From the human T2T-CHM13v2.0 reference genome, Homo sapiens: a stretch of DNA of 64,000 nt. The notes beneath the pieces were generated by a model, which worked only from the letters and a program-made list of their open reading frames with translations, was not told the origin of the DNA and did not search any database. Each line of letters begins with the position of its first letter. Position 1 is the stretch's first letter. Shown piece by piece: positions 31,470 to 47,995 of the stretch. The stretch lies in NCBI RefSeq assembly GCF_009914755.1, contig NC_060947.1, one strand, 5' to 3'. The position numbers and the translations under genes were made by a program.

Positions 31470-32790
31470 CCCATCTGAACACTTTACTTGGTGGCAGCTC
31501 TGTATTGCTCTGAGGAGGGAATCCCAGAGACAAACCTACAGCCCCTCTACCAATGCAGCTGCAGTGGTACCACCCTTAATGTCCTTAGGTTGGGAAGGAA
31601 CAAAGTGCCTGGTCACTATGCTGGACCTTCCAGTACACTGCAGTCACCCTGTGAAGAGGAACCCAGTGTTTCTACCCTGTGAGCCTCCACCTTCTACTCT
31701 TCACCAGACAAGGACCTTGCTCAGAACCATAGAACAGCTGCCTCACCCATGACCAAGCATTTCTACTGCTTGTTGCTCTGTGTTTCCCTGTGGGAGGAGC
31801 TCCCAGAGGTAAACAACAGCCCCTCTGCCACTGCCAAGGCAGTGGTTCTGCCCTTGCTGACCTCAGACTGGAGAGGAAACAGAGCCTGAGGGCTTTACTC
31901 ATGATTGCAGCATGACACCCTCCCTATACCATAGGGTGAGGAGCTCCGTTTCTCCTCTCTGTGAGCCCTCAACCCTCATTCTTCACCAGGTAAAGCCCCC
32001 ATCTTGGGATTTTTGGAAAAGATGCCCCACCCTAGACTGAGCATTTCCACTGCTAAGGTCCTGTGTTTTCCTGGGGAGGTGCTTCCAGAGGCAACCAACA
32101 ACCCTTTTGCCACTGCCATGACAGCCACAGCAGTTCTGCCCCTGCTCACCTTGGACTAGAGAAGGAACAAAGAACCTGAGGGCTCTACTTACACTCCCAG
32201 CATGACACAGTCACCATAAGGAGAGGAGCCCAATTTGTCTTATCTGTAAACCCTAGACCCCCTGTTCTTCAATAAGCTAGGCCCCTGTCTTGGGCCAGCA
32301 GAGCAGCTGCTCCACTCCCTGGCCGAAAAATTCCCAGTAGCAGTGGCCCCGTGTTTCTCTAAGGTGGAGCTTCCAGTGGCAGCTGAAAGCCCTTCCATCA
32401 CTGTCACTGCAATGGTACTGCCCTTGCTGCTCTTGGACTGGAGAACAGCAAAGATCCTGAGTGTTTTAACCACATCTCCAGCAAGTGCAGCTGTCCTAAG
32501 CAGAAGACACCATTGGTCTCCCCAGCGAGCCACGCCCCTCCCACCGCTCACCAGGCAGGGCCCCCCAGCTTGGGCCCAAAATGCAGTGGTCCCATTCCAA
32601 GTCAATTTGACTGATTGGTAGTGGCTCTGCATTTCTATGAGGTGGAGCCCCAAGAAACAAGTGAAAGATCCACTGCCATTGCCACTTCCAAGTTTTCTTC
32701 TCCTACTGCCTCAAAGCTGGGGAAAGAACTTAAAGATTGAGATTGCCCCAGGGCTGCAGTGTACAGCCTGGAAATGCCAAGCCAAGGGCT
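31470..32790 (+). repeat. Degenerate ~285-bp tandem repeat array (about 4.5 units) in the L1 5'UTR
   Basis: Units start near 31470, 31750, 32035, 32320 and 32610. Shared motifs: 'ctgtgttt..ctg.gg.ggagc.cccagagg', 'ccactgcc', 'gactgga.aaggaacaaag..cctgag', 'cttcaccagg'. Confidence 0.8.
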
Positions 32791-35700
32791 GCAACCAACA
32801 GTCACATGAGAGAGAACCCAAAATTTTTAGAGCATTTAGAGGGAGAATGGCTGCAATTGTGAGGAAATACAAAGGAGCCATGTGGCTAAGCAAGAGCCTA
32901 TATACCAGCCATTATGCTTGAGCACTGTCTACAGGGTCACAGCTCAAACTTCAACGTGAAAAATACTTTGCTAATGTAACCCCCTGTGAAACCAAGGGCA
33001 AGGGCTCTGCTACAAATGAAGACCCTGGACAAAGGCTCAGCCCTCTGAAAACATCCAGAAAATAAGTCAACTGATTGTACTCAAATTATACCACAGTTAA
33101 TGAAACATCAGCCCACACAGATAAGAATGAAATAGCACAAGAACTCTGACAACTCAAAAAGCCAGAATGTCTTCTTTGCTCCAAATGATTACACTAGTTC
33201 CCCAGCAAAGCTTATGAACGAGGCTGAAATGGCTGAACTGACAAAAATATAATTCACAATATGGATAGGAATGAAGATCATTGAGATTAAGGACAAAGTT
33301 GAAACTCAATCCAAGTAAGCTAAGGATTACAGTAACACAATAAAGGAGATGATAGACAAAATGGCCACTATAGGAAAGAACCAAACTCATCTGGTAGAGC
33401 TGAATAACACACTATAAGAATTTAATAATGCAATGGCTAGTATTAACAGCAGAGTAGATCAAGCTGAGAAAAGAATCTCAGGGCTTGAAGAGGAGTTCTC
33501 TGAACTAACTCAGACAAAACTAAAAATAAAAGAATAAAAATGAGTGAACAAAACCTTGGAGAAATATGGGATTATATAAAGAAACAAAACCTATGACACG
33601 TTGGTGTCCCTGAAAGAGAGTGGGAGAAAGCAAGCAACTTGGAAAGCATTTCAAAATATTATACATGAAAACTTCCTCAACCTTGCTAGAGATACCAACA
33701 TTCAAATTCAGGAAATCCAGAGAACCCCTGTGAAATACTACAGAAGAAGACCATCTCCAAGACACACATTCATCAGGTCCCCAAGGTTGAAATGAAAGAA
33801 AAAATATTGAATGCAGCTAGAGAGAAGAGGCAGGTCACCTACAAAGGAAACCTCATCAGTGGACATTTCAGCAGAAAACCTTCAAGCCAGAAGAGAAACT
33901 GGGGGCCTATGTTCAGCATTATTAAGAAAAAGAAACTCTAACCAAGAGTTTCATATCCAGCCAAACTAAGGTTCATAAGTGATAGAGAAATAATATCCTT
34001 TTCAGACAAACAAATACTAAGGGAATTCATTACCATCAGACCTGCCTTACAGGAGGCCCTTAAGGGAGTGCTAAATATACAGAAAGAGAAGACCATCACC
34101 AGCCACTAAAAAAACACACTTAAGTACACACATCATTGACACTATAAAGAAACCACACAAAAAAAGTCTGCATAATAACAAACTAACAACACAGGACAGG
34201 ATCAAATCTACATAAATAAATATTAACCTTGAATGTAAACCGGCTGAATGTCCAAATTAAAAGCACAAACTGGAAAGCTGGATAAAGAAGGAAGACCCAC
34301 TGTCTATGTTGTCTTCAAGAGACCCATCTCACATGCAATGACACCCATAGGTTCAAGATTAAGGGACAGAGAAAAATCTACCAAGCAAATAGAAAACAGA
34401 CAAAAGCAGGGGTTGCTATCCTAATTTCAGACAACACAGACTTTAAACCAGCAAAGATCATAAAAGATGAAGATGATGAGCATTACATAGTGGTAAAATA
34501 TTCAGTTCAACAAGAAGACCTAACTCTCCTAAATATAGATGCTTCCAACACAGGAGCACCCAGATTTATAAAGCAAGTTCTTAGAGACCTATGAAGAGAT
34601 TTGGATTTTCACCCCAAAATAACGAGAGACTTTAACACCACACTGACAGTATTAGACAGATGATTAAGCCAGTAAGCTAACAAAGACATTCAGGACCTGA
34701 ACTCAACACTTGACCAAATCAACCTAATACACATCTACAGAGCTCTCCACTAAATCCCAACAGAATATGCATTTTTCTCATCACCACGTGGCACATATTC
34801 TAATATCAACCCTGCAATCAGACATAAAGCAATCCAGAGCAAATTCAAAGAAACTGAAATCATACCAAACAAACTCTTGGAAAACAGCACAATAAAAACA
34901 ACAATCAATATTAAGAAAATTGCTCAAAACCATGCAATTACATGAAAATTAAAGAACCTGCTCCTGAAAGACCAAAAAATGAAATTAATATTTTTCGAAA
35001 CTAATTGAAACAAAGATACAACCTACCAGAATCTCTGAAACATAGCCAAAGCAGTGTTAAGAGGAAAGTTTATAGCACTAAATCCCCACATAAAAAAGTT
35101 AGAAAGATCTCAAATTAACAACGTAACATCACTCCTAGAGTAACTAGAGAAACATAAGCAAACGAATTCCAATGCTAGCAGAAGACAAGAAATAATCAAA
35201 ATCTGCTGACCGGAATAAAATTGAGATGGGAAAACCCCAAAATTAATCAACAAATCTAAGTTGGTTCTTATAAACAATAAATGAGATGTATAAACAGCTA
35301 GCTAGATAAACAAAGAAGAAAACAGAGAAGATAAAAATAAACAAAATCAGAAGTGACAAAAGGGACATTACCACTAACTGAACAAAATTAAAAAAAAAAA
35401 AAAAAACCCAGAGACTACTACAAAAACCTCTATGCACACCAGAAAGAAAACCTAGAAGAAATGGATAAATTCCAGGAAAGATACAACCTCCCAAGATTGA
35501 AAAGAAGAAATTAAATCCCTGAACAAATCAATAGTGAATTCTGAAATTGAATCAGTAATAAAAAGCCTACCAACCATAAAAAGTCCAGGACTAGAAGGAG
35601 TCACAGCCAAATTCTACCAGATGTATAAATAAGAGCTGGTACCATTTCTACTAAAACTATTCCAAAAATTGAGGTGTATGAACCCTCCCTAAACCATTCT

Positions 35701-36533
35701 TTGAGGCCAGTGTCATCCTGATAACAAACCTGGCAGAGATACAACACAAAAATAAAATTTCAGGGCAATATTCTTGATAAACATAGATGCAGAAATCATC
35801 AACAAATGCTAGCAAACTAAATTCGGCAGCCCATCAAAAAGCAAATCCATCATGATTAAGTGGGCTTTATCCCTGGAATGCAAGGTTAGTTCAACATATG
35901 CAAATCAATAAATGTGATTTACCACACAAACAAAACTAAAAACAAAACCCACAGACTTATCTTGATAGATGTAGAAATGGCTTTTGATAAGATTTATCAT
36001 CACTTAATATTAAAAGCCCTCAACAAACTAGACATTGAAAGAACATACAACAAAATAATAAGAGAATGAGAGCCATCTGGGGCAAACTTGCAGCCAACAG
36101 TATACTGAATGAGCAACACCTGAAAACATTCCCCTTGAAAGCTGGCACAAGACAAGGATGTTCTCTCTCACCATTCTTATTCAACATAGTACTGGAAGTC
36201 TTGTCCAAAGCAATCAGTTAAGAGAGGGAAATAAAAGGCATTTAAAAAGGATAAAGAGGAAGTCAAACTATCTCTGTTGGCAGACAATATGATTCTATAC
36301 TTAGAAAACCCAAATGTGTCTTCCAAAAAGCTCCTTGAGCTAATAAACAACTTCAGTATAGTTTCAGGATACAAAATCAATGTACAAAAATCAGTAACAT
36401 TCCTATACCCCAACAACATTCAAGCTGAGAGCCAAATCAAGAACCCAATTCTATTTACAATAATAATAAAAATAATAAAATACCTAGGAATAAAGCTAAC
36501 AAGGGAGGTGAAAGATGTCTACAACTAGAATTA

Positions 36534-36872
<339 letters not shown>

Positions 36873-39039
36873 GATCACAGATGACAAAAACAAATGAAAA
36901 AACGTTCCATGCTCATAGATAGGAAGAATAAATATTGTAAAATAGCCATATTGCGAAAAACAATTTACAGATTCAATGGTATTTCTATCAAACTACCAAT
37001 GATTTTTTTCACAGAAGTATAATTTTAAATTTTATAGAAACCACAAAATAGCTTGAATAACGAAGGCAACCCTAAGCAAGAGCAACAATGATGGAGGATT
37101 CACATTATCCAGCTTTATACAATAATACAAGGCTACAGTAACCAAAGCAGCATGGTACTGGTAACAAAAGCCACATAGACAAATGAAACAGAATAAAGAG
37201 CACAGAAGCAATGCTTCTTATCTTTGATAACCATCTTATCTTTGACAAAGTCAATCAAAGCAAGCAATGGGAAAAGGACTCCCCTTTCAATAAATGAATT
37301 GGCTAGCCGTATGCAGAAGATTGAAACTGGGCCCCTTCCTTACATCACATGCAGAAATCAATTCAACATGGATTAAAGACTTAAATGTAAAACCCAAAAT
37401 TATGGAAGCCCTGGAAATAACCTAGGAAATACCATTCAGAACATAGAACCTGAGAAAGATTTCATTATGAAGACGTTAAAAACAATTGCAACAAAACAAA
37501 AATTGACAAGTGAGGCTTAATTAAACTAAAGAGCTTGACACATCAAGATAAGCTATCAACAGTGGATACAGAGAACCTACAGACAGAATGGGAGAAAATA
37601 TTTGCAAACTATGCATCCAAAAAAGCTCTAATACCCAGAATCCATAAGAAAATTAAACATATCAATAAGAAAAAAACTCCATTAAAAAGTAGGCAAATGA
37701 CACAAATAGATACTTTACAAAAGAAGACATACACATGGACAACAAGCACATGAAAAAAATGCACAACATCACTAATCATTGGAGAAATTCAAGTCAAAAC
37801 CACAATGAGATACTGTCTCACACCAGTCAGAACAGCTATTACTAAAATGTAAAAAAAAACCACACACACAAAACAAAACAAAACAAAAAACAGAATCTGA
37901 GGAGGTTGTGGAGTAAGGGGAACACTTATACACTGCAGGTGGGAATGTAAATTTGTTCGGCCGTTGTGGAAAGCATTTTGGTAATTTCTCAATAAAACTC
38001 AAAGCAGAGTTACCGTTTAACCCAGCAATTTCATTATTGGGTATATACCCAAAGGAATATAAAATTTTATACCATAAAGACACATGCACATTCATGTTGA
38101 TTGCAGAACTCTTCATAATAGCAAAGACATGGAATCAACCTAGATGCCCATCAACAGGAGACTGGATAACAAAAATGTGATACATATAAACCATGGAATA
38201 TTACACAACCATAAGAAAGAACAAGATTATGTCCTTTGCAAAAACATGGATGGAGCTGGAGGCCATTAACCTAAATGAACTAACACAGAAAAAGAAAACT
38301 AAATACTGCATGTTCTCACTTATAAGTGGCAACAAAACATTGAGTGCATGGACTCAAAGAAGGAAACAACAGACACTTGGCTCTACTTGAGTGTGGAGGG
38401 AGGGAGGAGGGTAAGAATAAAAACACACTACATACTGGGTACTATGATTATTACATGGTGAGTGAATAATGTGTTACACTTAACTTCTATGACACACTAT
38501 TTATCTATATAACAAACCTGCACATTTACCCTTGAACATAATATAAAAGTCTTAAAACAAGTTAGTAGCTTACTGTTGACTGAGAGCCTTATCAATAACA
38601 TGAATAGTAAATTAGCACGTTTTCTTTTTTCTGTAGTTACATAAAATCTTTCAGAAAAAAATACTGTCAATGTTACATGTATTGTATACTTTATTCTCAC
38701 AATAAGGTAAGTTAGAGAAAAGAAAATTTTATTAAGAAATCATTAGAAAGAGAAAACATATTTTCTATTCATGAAGTGGAAATGAATCATCACAAAGGTC
38801 TTTATCTTTATTGTGTTCACGTTGAGTAGGCTGAAGAGGAGGAGGAGGAAGAAGAGAGGTTGGTCAGCTTTCTCAGATACAGCAAAGGTAAAAGACATAG
38901 AGAATGTGGAAGGGGAGAAAATAGATATTTATTGAAAAAAATCATGTGTAAGTGGACCCATGCAGTTCAAACCCATGTTGTTCAAGGGCCAACTGTAATT
39001 TCCTACGAGTAAATTCATTTATAAATTTTGCAAAGGCTT

Positions 39040-39432
39040 TAGCCTCAAGGTTTCACTCTTGCTGTTTCATCTGCCAGAAATGTCCCTCTGTATTTCCATT
39101 CCTGCATTTTCTATGTTTAGCACCTTCTAATTCTTCAAGTTTTAACTTAAATATCATATCCTTTGAAAGGTTTTTTTCTGTTTATACTATCTAAAATATT
39201 CCCACCTTCTTATTCTTTAACAGTATGTGTTTTCTTTGTAGTTACTAGGATTTATAATTAGGATTTATAATTATTCTGTGTTATTATTTACTTTTTTATT
39301 TTCTGAATTCCCAGAAAACTCCATAAAGACAGAGATGTTGTCTATTTTGTTAACCATTATGTTCACAATACCCCTACAAGTGCCTGGGACATAGTAGGTG
39401 CTTAATAAATATTGATCCAATTAATGAATAAA
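39040..39432 (+). mobile_element. L2 3' end
   Basis: 'actccataaagacagagatgttgtctattttgtt...gtgcctgggacatagtaggtgcttaataaatattg'. Confidence 0.75.
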
Positions 39433-39999
39433 AAAGGATTCAAAAAGCAGTAAACCTAGAAAGGACTTCATTCTTTTGGACTAAAATTTTACATATTTTG
39501 AAACCAAGAGAAAAAATACAATTTTTATACTTGGTACTATATAATGAGGGAATGTCTAGGTCATGTCATTTGTTCCTTTTTAATAACACTTTGCAATTTT
39601 TTCATAGCTAATTCCATTAAAGCGTTTCTCAGCACAGGAGATACGTAATTTTCAAACATGCAAAAAATTAATTGTCTACTGCTCACAGATGGTCAATCTT
39701 CAGTTCTTTTACAATAAAGACTTATTTTTAAAGTACAGAAGATTGATCTTTTAATATATTAACATGACACAGCCTCAATTATATTAACTTAAAACTTTAA
39801 TAAAGTTTTGTAACAAAGCAAGTAAAGCTTTAGCTCATGATTTCCACCTGTCACATAATAAAGAAAATTACTCAATAGATATTCTTTTCAGATTTATCCC
39901 CTTCCCACTTTGTTTTACCAATAGAGGAATTTTAGGCTGGTGTCTAAGTTTAAAGCCTCTAATTTTTTCTTTCACAAATTCCTCCTTATGTTTGACTAA

Positions 40000-40363
<364 letters not shown>

Positions 40364-40479
40364 TACTTCTTATTTCTTTATTTTCCAAAGTACTCTACAA
40401 CTGAAAATTTCTTTCAGCACAGTTTTGGTGGCAAGAAATGTCACCCCACAAAATACAATCATTTTGGTGTGTTTTAATT

Positions 40480-41200
40480 TCCACCCAGTGGACTGAGCAC
40501 ATTTTTCACTCTTCATTCCTCTTTAAAACCCTATGAAATGACAGGAAATAAAAAATTACAAAGAAATAATTATATAACATAGAAAATTAATGAGAGCATA
40601 TTAACAGGCTAGGCAGAGCAGTGCATGTACACAGTGTGGAGAAAAGATCCAACATTTCCAGAGGAATACCAGAGAAATTACAGGCAAATACAGAACACAG
40701 GAATGATATAAGGCTGAAAACAGGGAAACATCACTAATTAGTACCTCTCCATGCACCCCCCCTACACACGCACCTTCTAGAATGATAGGAAACTTGGTAG
40801 TTACCAGCAGGCAAAATGCCCTTAAGTTTATTTAATAAAGAAAGTGAATAAACTGACTGCACAGGACTTGGGTTCCAAATGTGGGATATGATATAGTTGA
40901 ATAAAGATATCCTCATTCTGTCACTTGAAGGACTCCCACAATCTACTCCACAATATACTCATAAGACTCCCCACAAATGCACCCAAAATGAAATCTTGCA
41001 AAGTAACACATCTTACCAATGTACAAAGAGCCCATACTCAAGCTTCACATTAAGGAAAAAGGCCAATTATGGACACAGATCTACACACACAAAAACAATG
41101 ATAAATCATCAACTACTTATAAAAAAGCAAAATCATTCTTAAATATGAACAGACAACTGAGTATCAGGACATAAAATAAATGAGTATAATATCTTACAGT
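40480..41200 (+). mobile_element. Decayed L1M/HAL1-like 5' region
   Basis: 'ggactgagcacattttt...aaaaccctatgaaatgacag' resembles ancient L1 5' starts; weak evidence. Confidence 0.4.
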
Positions 41201-41208
41201 AAGAATTC

Positions 41209-41574
<366 letters not shown>

Positions 41575-41879
41575 TCACGTGCCAAAAAATAAACCCAAAC
41601 AATCAATGATTAATTCTATAATTGGCAAAAATACTCTTTTAAGCATGAAGGAGAAATTAAGACATTCCCAGATAAACAAAAGCTGAGGGAGTTTGTTTCT
41701 GTAAGACATGACCTACCAGAATAGTAAATGAAGTCCTTCAGACTGAAATAAAAGGACACTGAACAGTAACTTAAAGCTATATGAAAAACTATATAAATCA
41801 TCAGTAAGGTAACTATGTGGGTAAGTAAAACACACGGTATTTTGATTTTAGTTTGCAGTTCCTCCTTTTTTTCTCATAT

Positions 41880-42124
<245 letters not shown>

Positions 42125-44400
42125 TCAAACTCACATTTCTTTACAGAAACATCAAAAAATAACCAGAAACTGTCATATTCAAATATCAGAAATATGAAAA
42201 AGAGTCAAAGATTTATAGCCACGAAGAAAAGCCAAATAGAAAAAGGTAACTTGAAAAGTTTTGTGGTGATTAGAAACAAATAAAACTATGCAGGATCAAA
42301 ATTAGGCTATCATTTAAGAGACAAAAATTATAGAAATAAATAAAAACTCTAGAGCTGAAAAGTACAATAATCAAAATTTTAAAATCACTAGAGAATTCTA
42401 GAAACAAATTTGAGTAGGCAGAAGAAAGGATCAGCATATATAATGATTAGGCCAAATGATTTTTTTTAATCTGAGGGACAGAAAGAACAGAGTCTAAGGG
42501 ATTGTGGTACACCATCAATCAGACCAGCATATACATTATGGAAGTCTCAGAAGGAGAAGAGAAAAAGAAAGAGGCAGAAGTAGTATTTGAAGAACTAATA
42601 GCTGATAAATTCCCAAATTTAATGAAAGGCATAAACTACATATAAAATAGCCCAACAAATTCCAAGCAGATTAAACTAAAAAAGATCCATACTGAGACAC
42701 ATTATTGTCAAATTTTTGGAATACCTAAAGCAAAAGGAGAATCTGAAAGCAGAGCGAAACTCTGTCTCAAAAGTCTTATAAAGAGAAAAATAAAACTAAA
42801 AATTAACACAATATGAAATGACAACAGGAATTAGTGGAGTAGGAACTTTCAAATTTCTGTTTCTTTACAGAAACATCAAAAAATAACCAGAAACCGGTCA
42901 TATCCAAGTATCATAAATATGAAAAACAGTCAAAGATTTATAGCCACCAAGAAAAGCCAAGTTAAATAAAAGTAACTTTAACAGTTTTGTGATGTTATAT
43001 TTTTTCTTGCCTCACACAATTTCTGGATCAGTGATAGTCTGAAAGATGGCAAATTATCAGGCAAAATAGATTTTTTAAGTCATAAAAGGTCAGAGAAGAC
43101 AAAGGACATTATATATTGATAAATTTTTTAATTCACCAAGAAGATATAACAATTATAAATATATATATATATATATACACTTAACAGATTCCTCAAATAC
43201 GTGCAGAATTACTGAAAAGAATTAAAGAAATAGAGTTCTAGAGTGTTCGAGATCACAATAGCTCTATTGAATGTGCAATAAGATGATAGAATGAACAAGA
43301 CAACTGATCAGTAAGAAAGCAGAGGAAATGAATAAAACTACAAAAAATTAGACCTAATAAATACATAGGAACAATTCACTGTATAACAGTAGAATATGTT
43401 TTCTTCTCAAGTACACAAAGACTATCCTTCAGAACAGATCATGTGTTAGGCTGCAAGTCTCAATAAACCTCAAAATTGAAATTATACAAAATATTTTTTG
43501 ATGGCAATGAAGTAAAACCAGAAGTCAGTTGCAGAAAGAAAACTTGAAATATCACAAATATATGGAAAGTCAAACATATATCCTCAATTAGCTAAGAGGT
43601 CAAAAAAAGTGTTGTGGTAAATTAGAGAGTACTTCAATACAAATGAAAATGAAAACACAACATATTAAAACTCATAGAATGCAGCAAAAGTAGTGCTAAA
43701 ATGGAAATTTATATCTGTAAATGCATTTATTAAAAAGAAATATCTAAAATAAATAACCTAACTGTACACTTTGAGGTACCAGAAAATGAAAAGCTAATGC
43801 CAAAAGTAGCATGAAGGAAAAAAAGTCTAAGTATTTTGAATACAAATAGACAAAATAGAGAAAAAATAATAATATAGAAAACCAATACAGCCCAAAAATG
43901 GTTTGTTGAAAAAAAAATCAACAGAATTGTAAAACCTTTACCTTGATTGGCTAAGAGGAAAATTGTTAAATTCATAAATAAAAAGGAAACATTACTACTG
44001 ACATCATGGAAATAGAAACATTTATAAAATATTACTATGAATAACTGTATGTCACTAAGTTGCATATCTAGGTAAAATGGACAAATTCTGAGAAATGCAA
44101 AAAATACCACAGATGACATAGGAAGGAATACAAATTCCTGAATAGACCTAAAATAAATAAGTAAATTTAATCCATAATCAAAAACCTCCCAACAAAGAAA
44201 AACCCAGTACTAGAAGGATTCATTTGTAAATTCTACCAAAGATTTAAAAAAATGCAAACTAATTCTTTTCAAACTTTACCAAAAAAATAGAAACAAAGAA
44301 TACTTTCTAACTCACTCTATAGGTCACCATTACCCTGATAAACGAGCCAGACAAAGACATTACAAAGAAAACCGTACACACTAATGTTTTTTATGAATAT

Positions 44401-44939
44401 TATGAGGGTTAATTTCAGGGATCAACTTGACTGAATTAAAGAATTCCCAAATAGCTGATAGGGAGTTATTTCCGGGTATGTCTGTGAGGATGTTTCCAGA
44501 AGAAAATGGCATTTAAATCTGTGGACTGAGTAAAGAAGACTCTCAGCCAGTGTGGGCAGGCACCGTCAAATCGGCTGAGGGCCTGGACAGAACAAAAAGG
44601 CAGAAGAAAGGCAAATTTTCTTTCTGGATTTGGGAGCTGGGACACTCTTCTTCTCCTGCCTTTGGACATTAGAACCATAGGTTCTCTGGCCTTTGAATTC
44701 CAGGACCTGTAGCAGCAACCCCTCAGGTTCTCAGGCTTTGGACTCAGGCCTTTCGACTGAGAGTTACATCATCAGCTTTCTTAATTATTTAGCTTGCAGA
44801 CAGCCTATCTTGGGACTTTTCAGCCTCCATAATTACATAAGCTAATCCCCCTAACTAATCTGCTTTCATCTATCTATCTATTTCTATCTATCTATCTATC
44901 ATATTTTTTCTGTCTCTCTGGAGAACCCCAATTAATACA
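44401..44939 (+). mobile_element. MLT2B-type solo LTR
   Basis: 'gggttaatttcagggatcaacttgactg...ctctggagaacccca.ttaataca' with internal (TCTA)n. 5-bp TSD AATAT at 44396-44400 and 44940-44944. Confidence 0.88.
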
Positions 44940-47799
44940 AATATATGTGCAGAAATTCTGAAAAAAATACTAGCAAACCTAACCTAATATCATATTAAAA
45001 GGATTATACACCATGATCTGGTGGGGTTTATCTCAGGAAAGTAAGTGTGGTTGAATTTAAAAAAAAAAAAATCCATGTAATGCATCACAGGCATAGATTG
45101 AAGAAAAAATGATTATATAAATTGATGCAGAAAATACACTTGACTAAATCAAGCACATTTTCATAATAAATACATTCTATAAACTAGGAACAGAAAGAAA
45201 CTTTCACAATATGATGAAAACCATATATGAAAAGCCCACATCTAACATCAGTGGAGAAAGACTGAAATATTTCCCCTTAGGATGAGGAACCAAACATAGA
45301 TGTTTGTTTTCATAACTATATTTAATATACACTAGAAATTCTGGGAAGAGCAATTAGACAAGTAAAATTAATAAGAGTTTCCCAAATTAGAACATAATTG
45401 TAAAACTACATTTTCAGATACCAAGGTCTTATTTCTAGTAAGCCCTGAAAAGTACAGTAAAAACTGTTAGAACTCATCAAGAAATCCAGCAAAATTGCAG
45501 CATACAAAATCAACACATAAAAATTAGCCTCATTTCTACACAACAGCATAAGTAATCTGAAAAAGCAATTAAAAAAATAAATTTACAATAGTTTCAAAAA
45601 TACTTGGGAATCAATTTAATCAAGAAGGAAAAATGCTTACATATTAAAAATTATAAGATATTACTGAAAGAAAATTAAAAAGAAAAAACATGAAAGACAT
45701 CTTGTGTTTATGATTTGAAGGTTTAATACTGTTAAGATATCAACACTACCTAGAATAATCTAGAAAATCAATGTAATCCTCATCAAAATCCCAATGTCAT
45801 TTTGTGAAGAAATGTAAAAACCCATCCTAAAGTTCATATGCAATCTAAAAGGACCTCAAGTAACCAAAACAGTCTTATAAAAGAACAAAGTTTAATGACT
45901 CACCCTTCCAGATTTCAAAACTTATTTACAAAGGTAGATATAGTACTCCAAACCATGTGTAACTGGCATAAGGACAGACATATAGAAATAATGGAATAGA
46001 ACTGAATGCCCAGAAAAAGTCCTCACATATATGGTCAAATGACTTTTGACAAAAATGCCCAGTCCATTAAATTGGGAAATAAAATAATAATAAAAAAACA
46101 GTGCTAGGGAAACTGGATATGCCAAAATATGAGTGATGGATTTTTAGTTTTTACCACATACAAAAATGAACTCAAAATGAATTGAAAAACTCTAAATTAA
46201 CTACTACTCAATATTGGATTCCTAGAAAACTTAAAGGAAAGCATAGAGGAAAATCTGCATTACATTGGTTTTGAGAGTGGTTTCCTTAATATAACAGAAA
46301 AGCACAAGCTATAAAAGAAAAAATGAATTTTCTTATAAAAATTTTGTGCATCAAAGATCACAATAAAGGAAGTGAAAATACAATCTACAGAATGGGAAAA
46401 ATATTTGCAAATCATATATCTGCTAAGGGATTAATATCTAGAATATATTGAGGACAACTCAACCACCACTACCATTCAATTAAAAGAAGACAAAACACCC
46501 AACAAATAAAATGGACAAAAGACTTGAATAAATTTTTTTCCAAAGAAAATACACAAATGGCCAATAAACCCATGAAACAAATCTCAACATCATTAGTCAT
46601 TAAAGACATGCAAATTATAACCACAATTAGATATCACTACAAACCTACTAGGATGGCTATAATTTAAAAGAAAGTGGAAAGTAAGTGTTGATGAGAATGT
46701 GGAGAAACTGGAAACCTTGTGCATTGCTGGTGGGAATGTAAAATGATGCATCTGCCATGGAGAACAATTTGGCAGTTCCTCACAAAGTTAATTATAAAAT
46801 TACCGTATGACTCGGCAATTCCTCATTTCATTATAAACTCAAAAAGCATTGAAATTAAGCTTTCAAATAGACAGTTGAACACCGGTATTCACAGCAGCAT
46901 TATTCACGATAGACACAATATGGGAAAAAAACTGAAGTGTCTATCAACAGATGAATGTATAAACAAAATATGGTATATGCATGCAATGGAATAATACTCA
47001 GCCATAAAGCTGAAGTTTGATACATGCCACAACATGGGTGAACCTTAAAAACATTATGCGATGTGAAATAAGTCATTCACAAAAGGACAAATATTGCATG
47101 ATTTCACTTACATGAGGTTTCTAAATTAAGCAAATTCATAGAGACAAAAAGAGTCTGCTGGGGCTGGGATCAGGGAGGAATGAGAGTTCTTGCTTAATGG
47201 GTACAGAGTTTCTGTTTGGAAATATTTAGTAGTAATGGTTGTGTACTATTGTGGATGTAATTAATGCCACTGAATTGTATACTAAAATATGGTTAAAATG
47301 ACCACATTTCTAGCCCAATTTGTCACTCTTTGTCCTACGATCTGAAACCCACTATGTCAGTAGCAAGTTAGATATTTATGATATATATCAGCCCTTTAAA
47401 CCCAAAGATAACATTATTTATGAGGGTGAAAAAAAGTCAGCGATGCTTTTAAAAGTGGCTACTATAAATTTAATATTGAGGATTATACACAGCTCCAAAT
47501 TTCTTACACTTTTAAGTTTTTTGACAGCGAAATGGACATGATTCTGAACTATATGAAGCTGGTCCTTGCAGGTCTTTCTTGTTTAATTAAAGTCTTTGAA
47601 TATTTCTATCCATCTCTCTTATGATTCACAGGTAGCCAAACCAAATGATTCACCAAGAAATTTTGGGCCAACTAAGAATATATGGTGTCTTAGAGAGTAG
47701 TAGTTAACTAGATGGGGAATAAAGGCAAATTTTAAAGTGGAGTTACAGATATTTCTGCAAACTTATCTAGCTTCTACTCCAAAGCATGAAAAATCAGTT

Positions 47800-47995
47800 T
47801 TAAGTAACAGAGGATAAGAGGCTTTGGCCTCAAGTATTTCAAGAGATCCACCACTTGCTAGCTGTGCAGTATGTGCAAGTGATTTCATCACTCAGAGCTT
47901 CAGTTTCCTTATCTGAAATATTGTAATAGTAAATATTTCCCCAAAGCATTAAAGTGCCTGTTGACTGAGATAATGTAAAGCAACTAGCCCAATAA
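47800..47995 (+). mobile_element. MIR SINE
   Basis: 'ccaccacttgctagctgtg...ctcagagcttcagtttccttatctgaaat'. Confidence 0.75.

Noticed and set aside
31470-32790. Regularly spaced repeats considered as a CRISPR-like array
   Set aside because: Whole ~285-bp units are homologous with no unique spacers, they sit in an L1 5'UTR, and there are no cas genes in this primate DNA.
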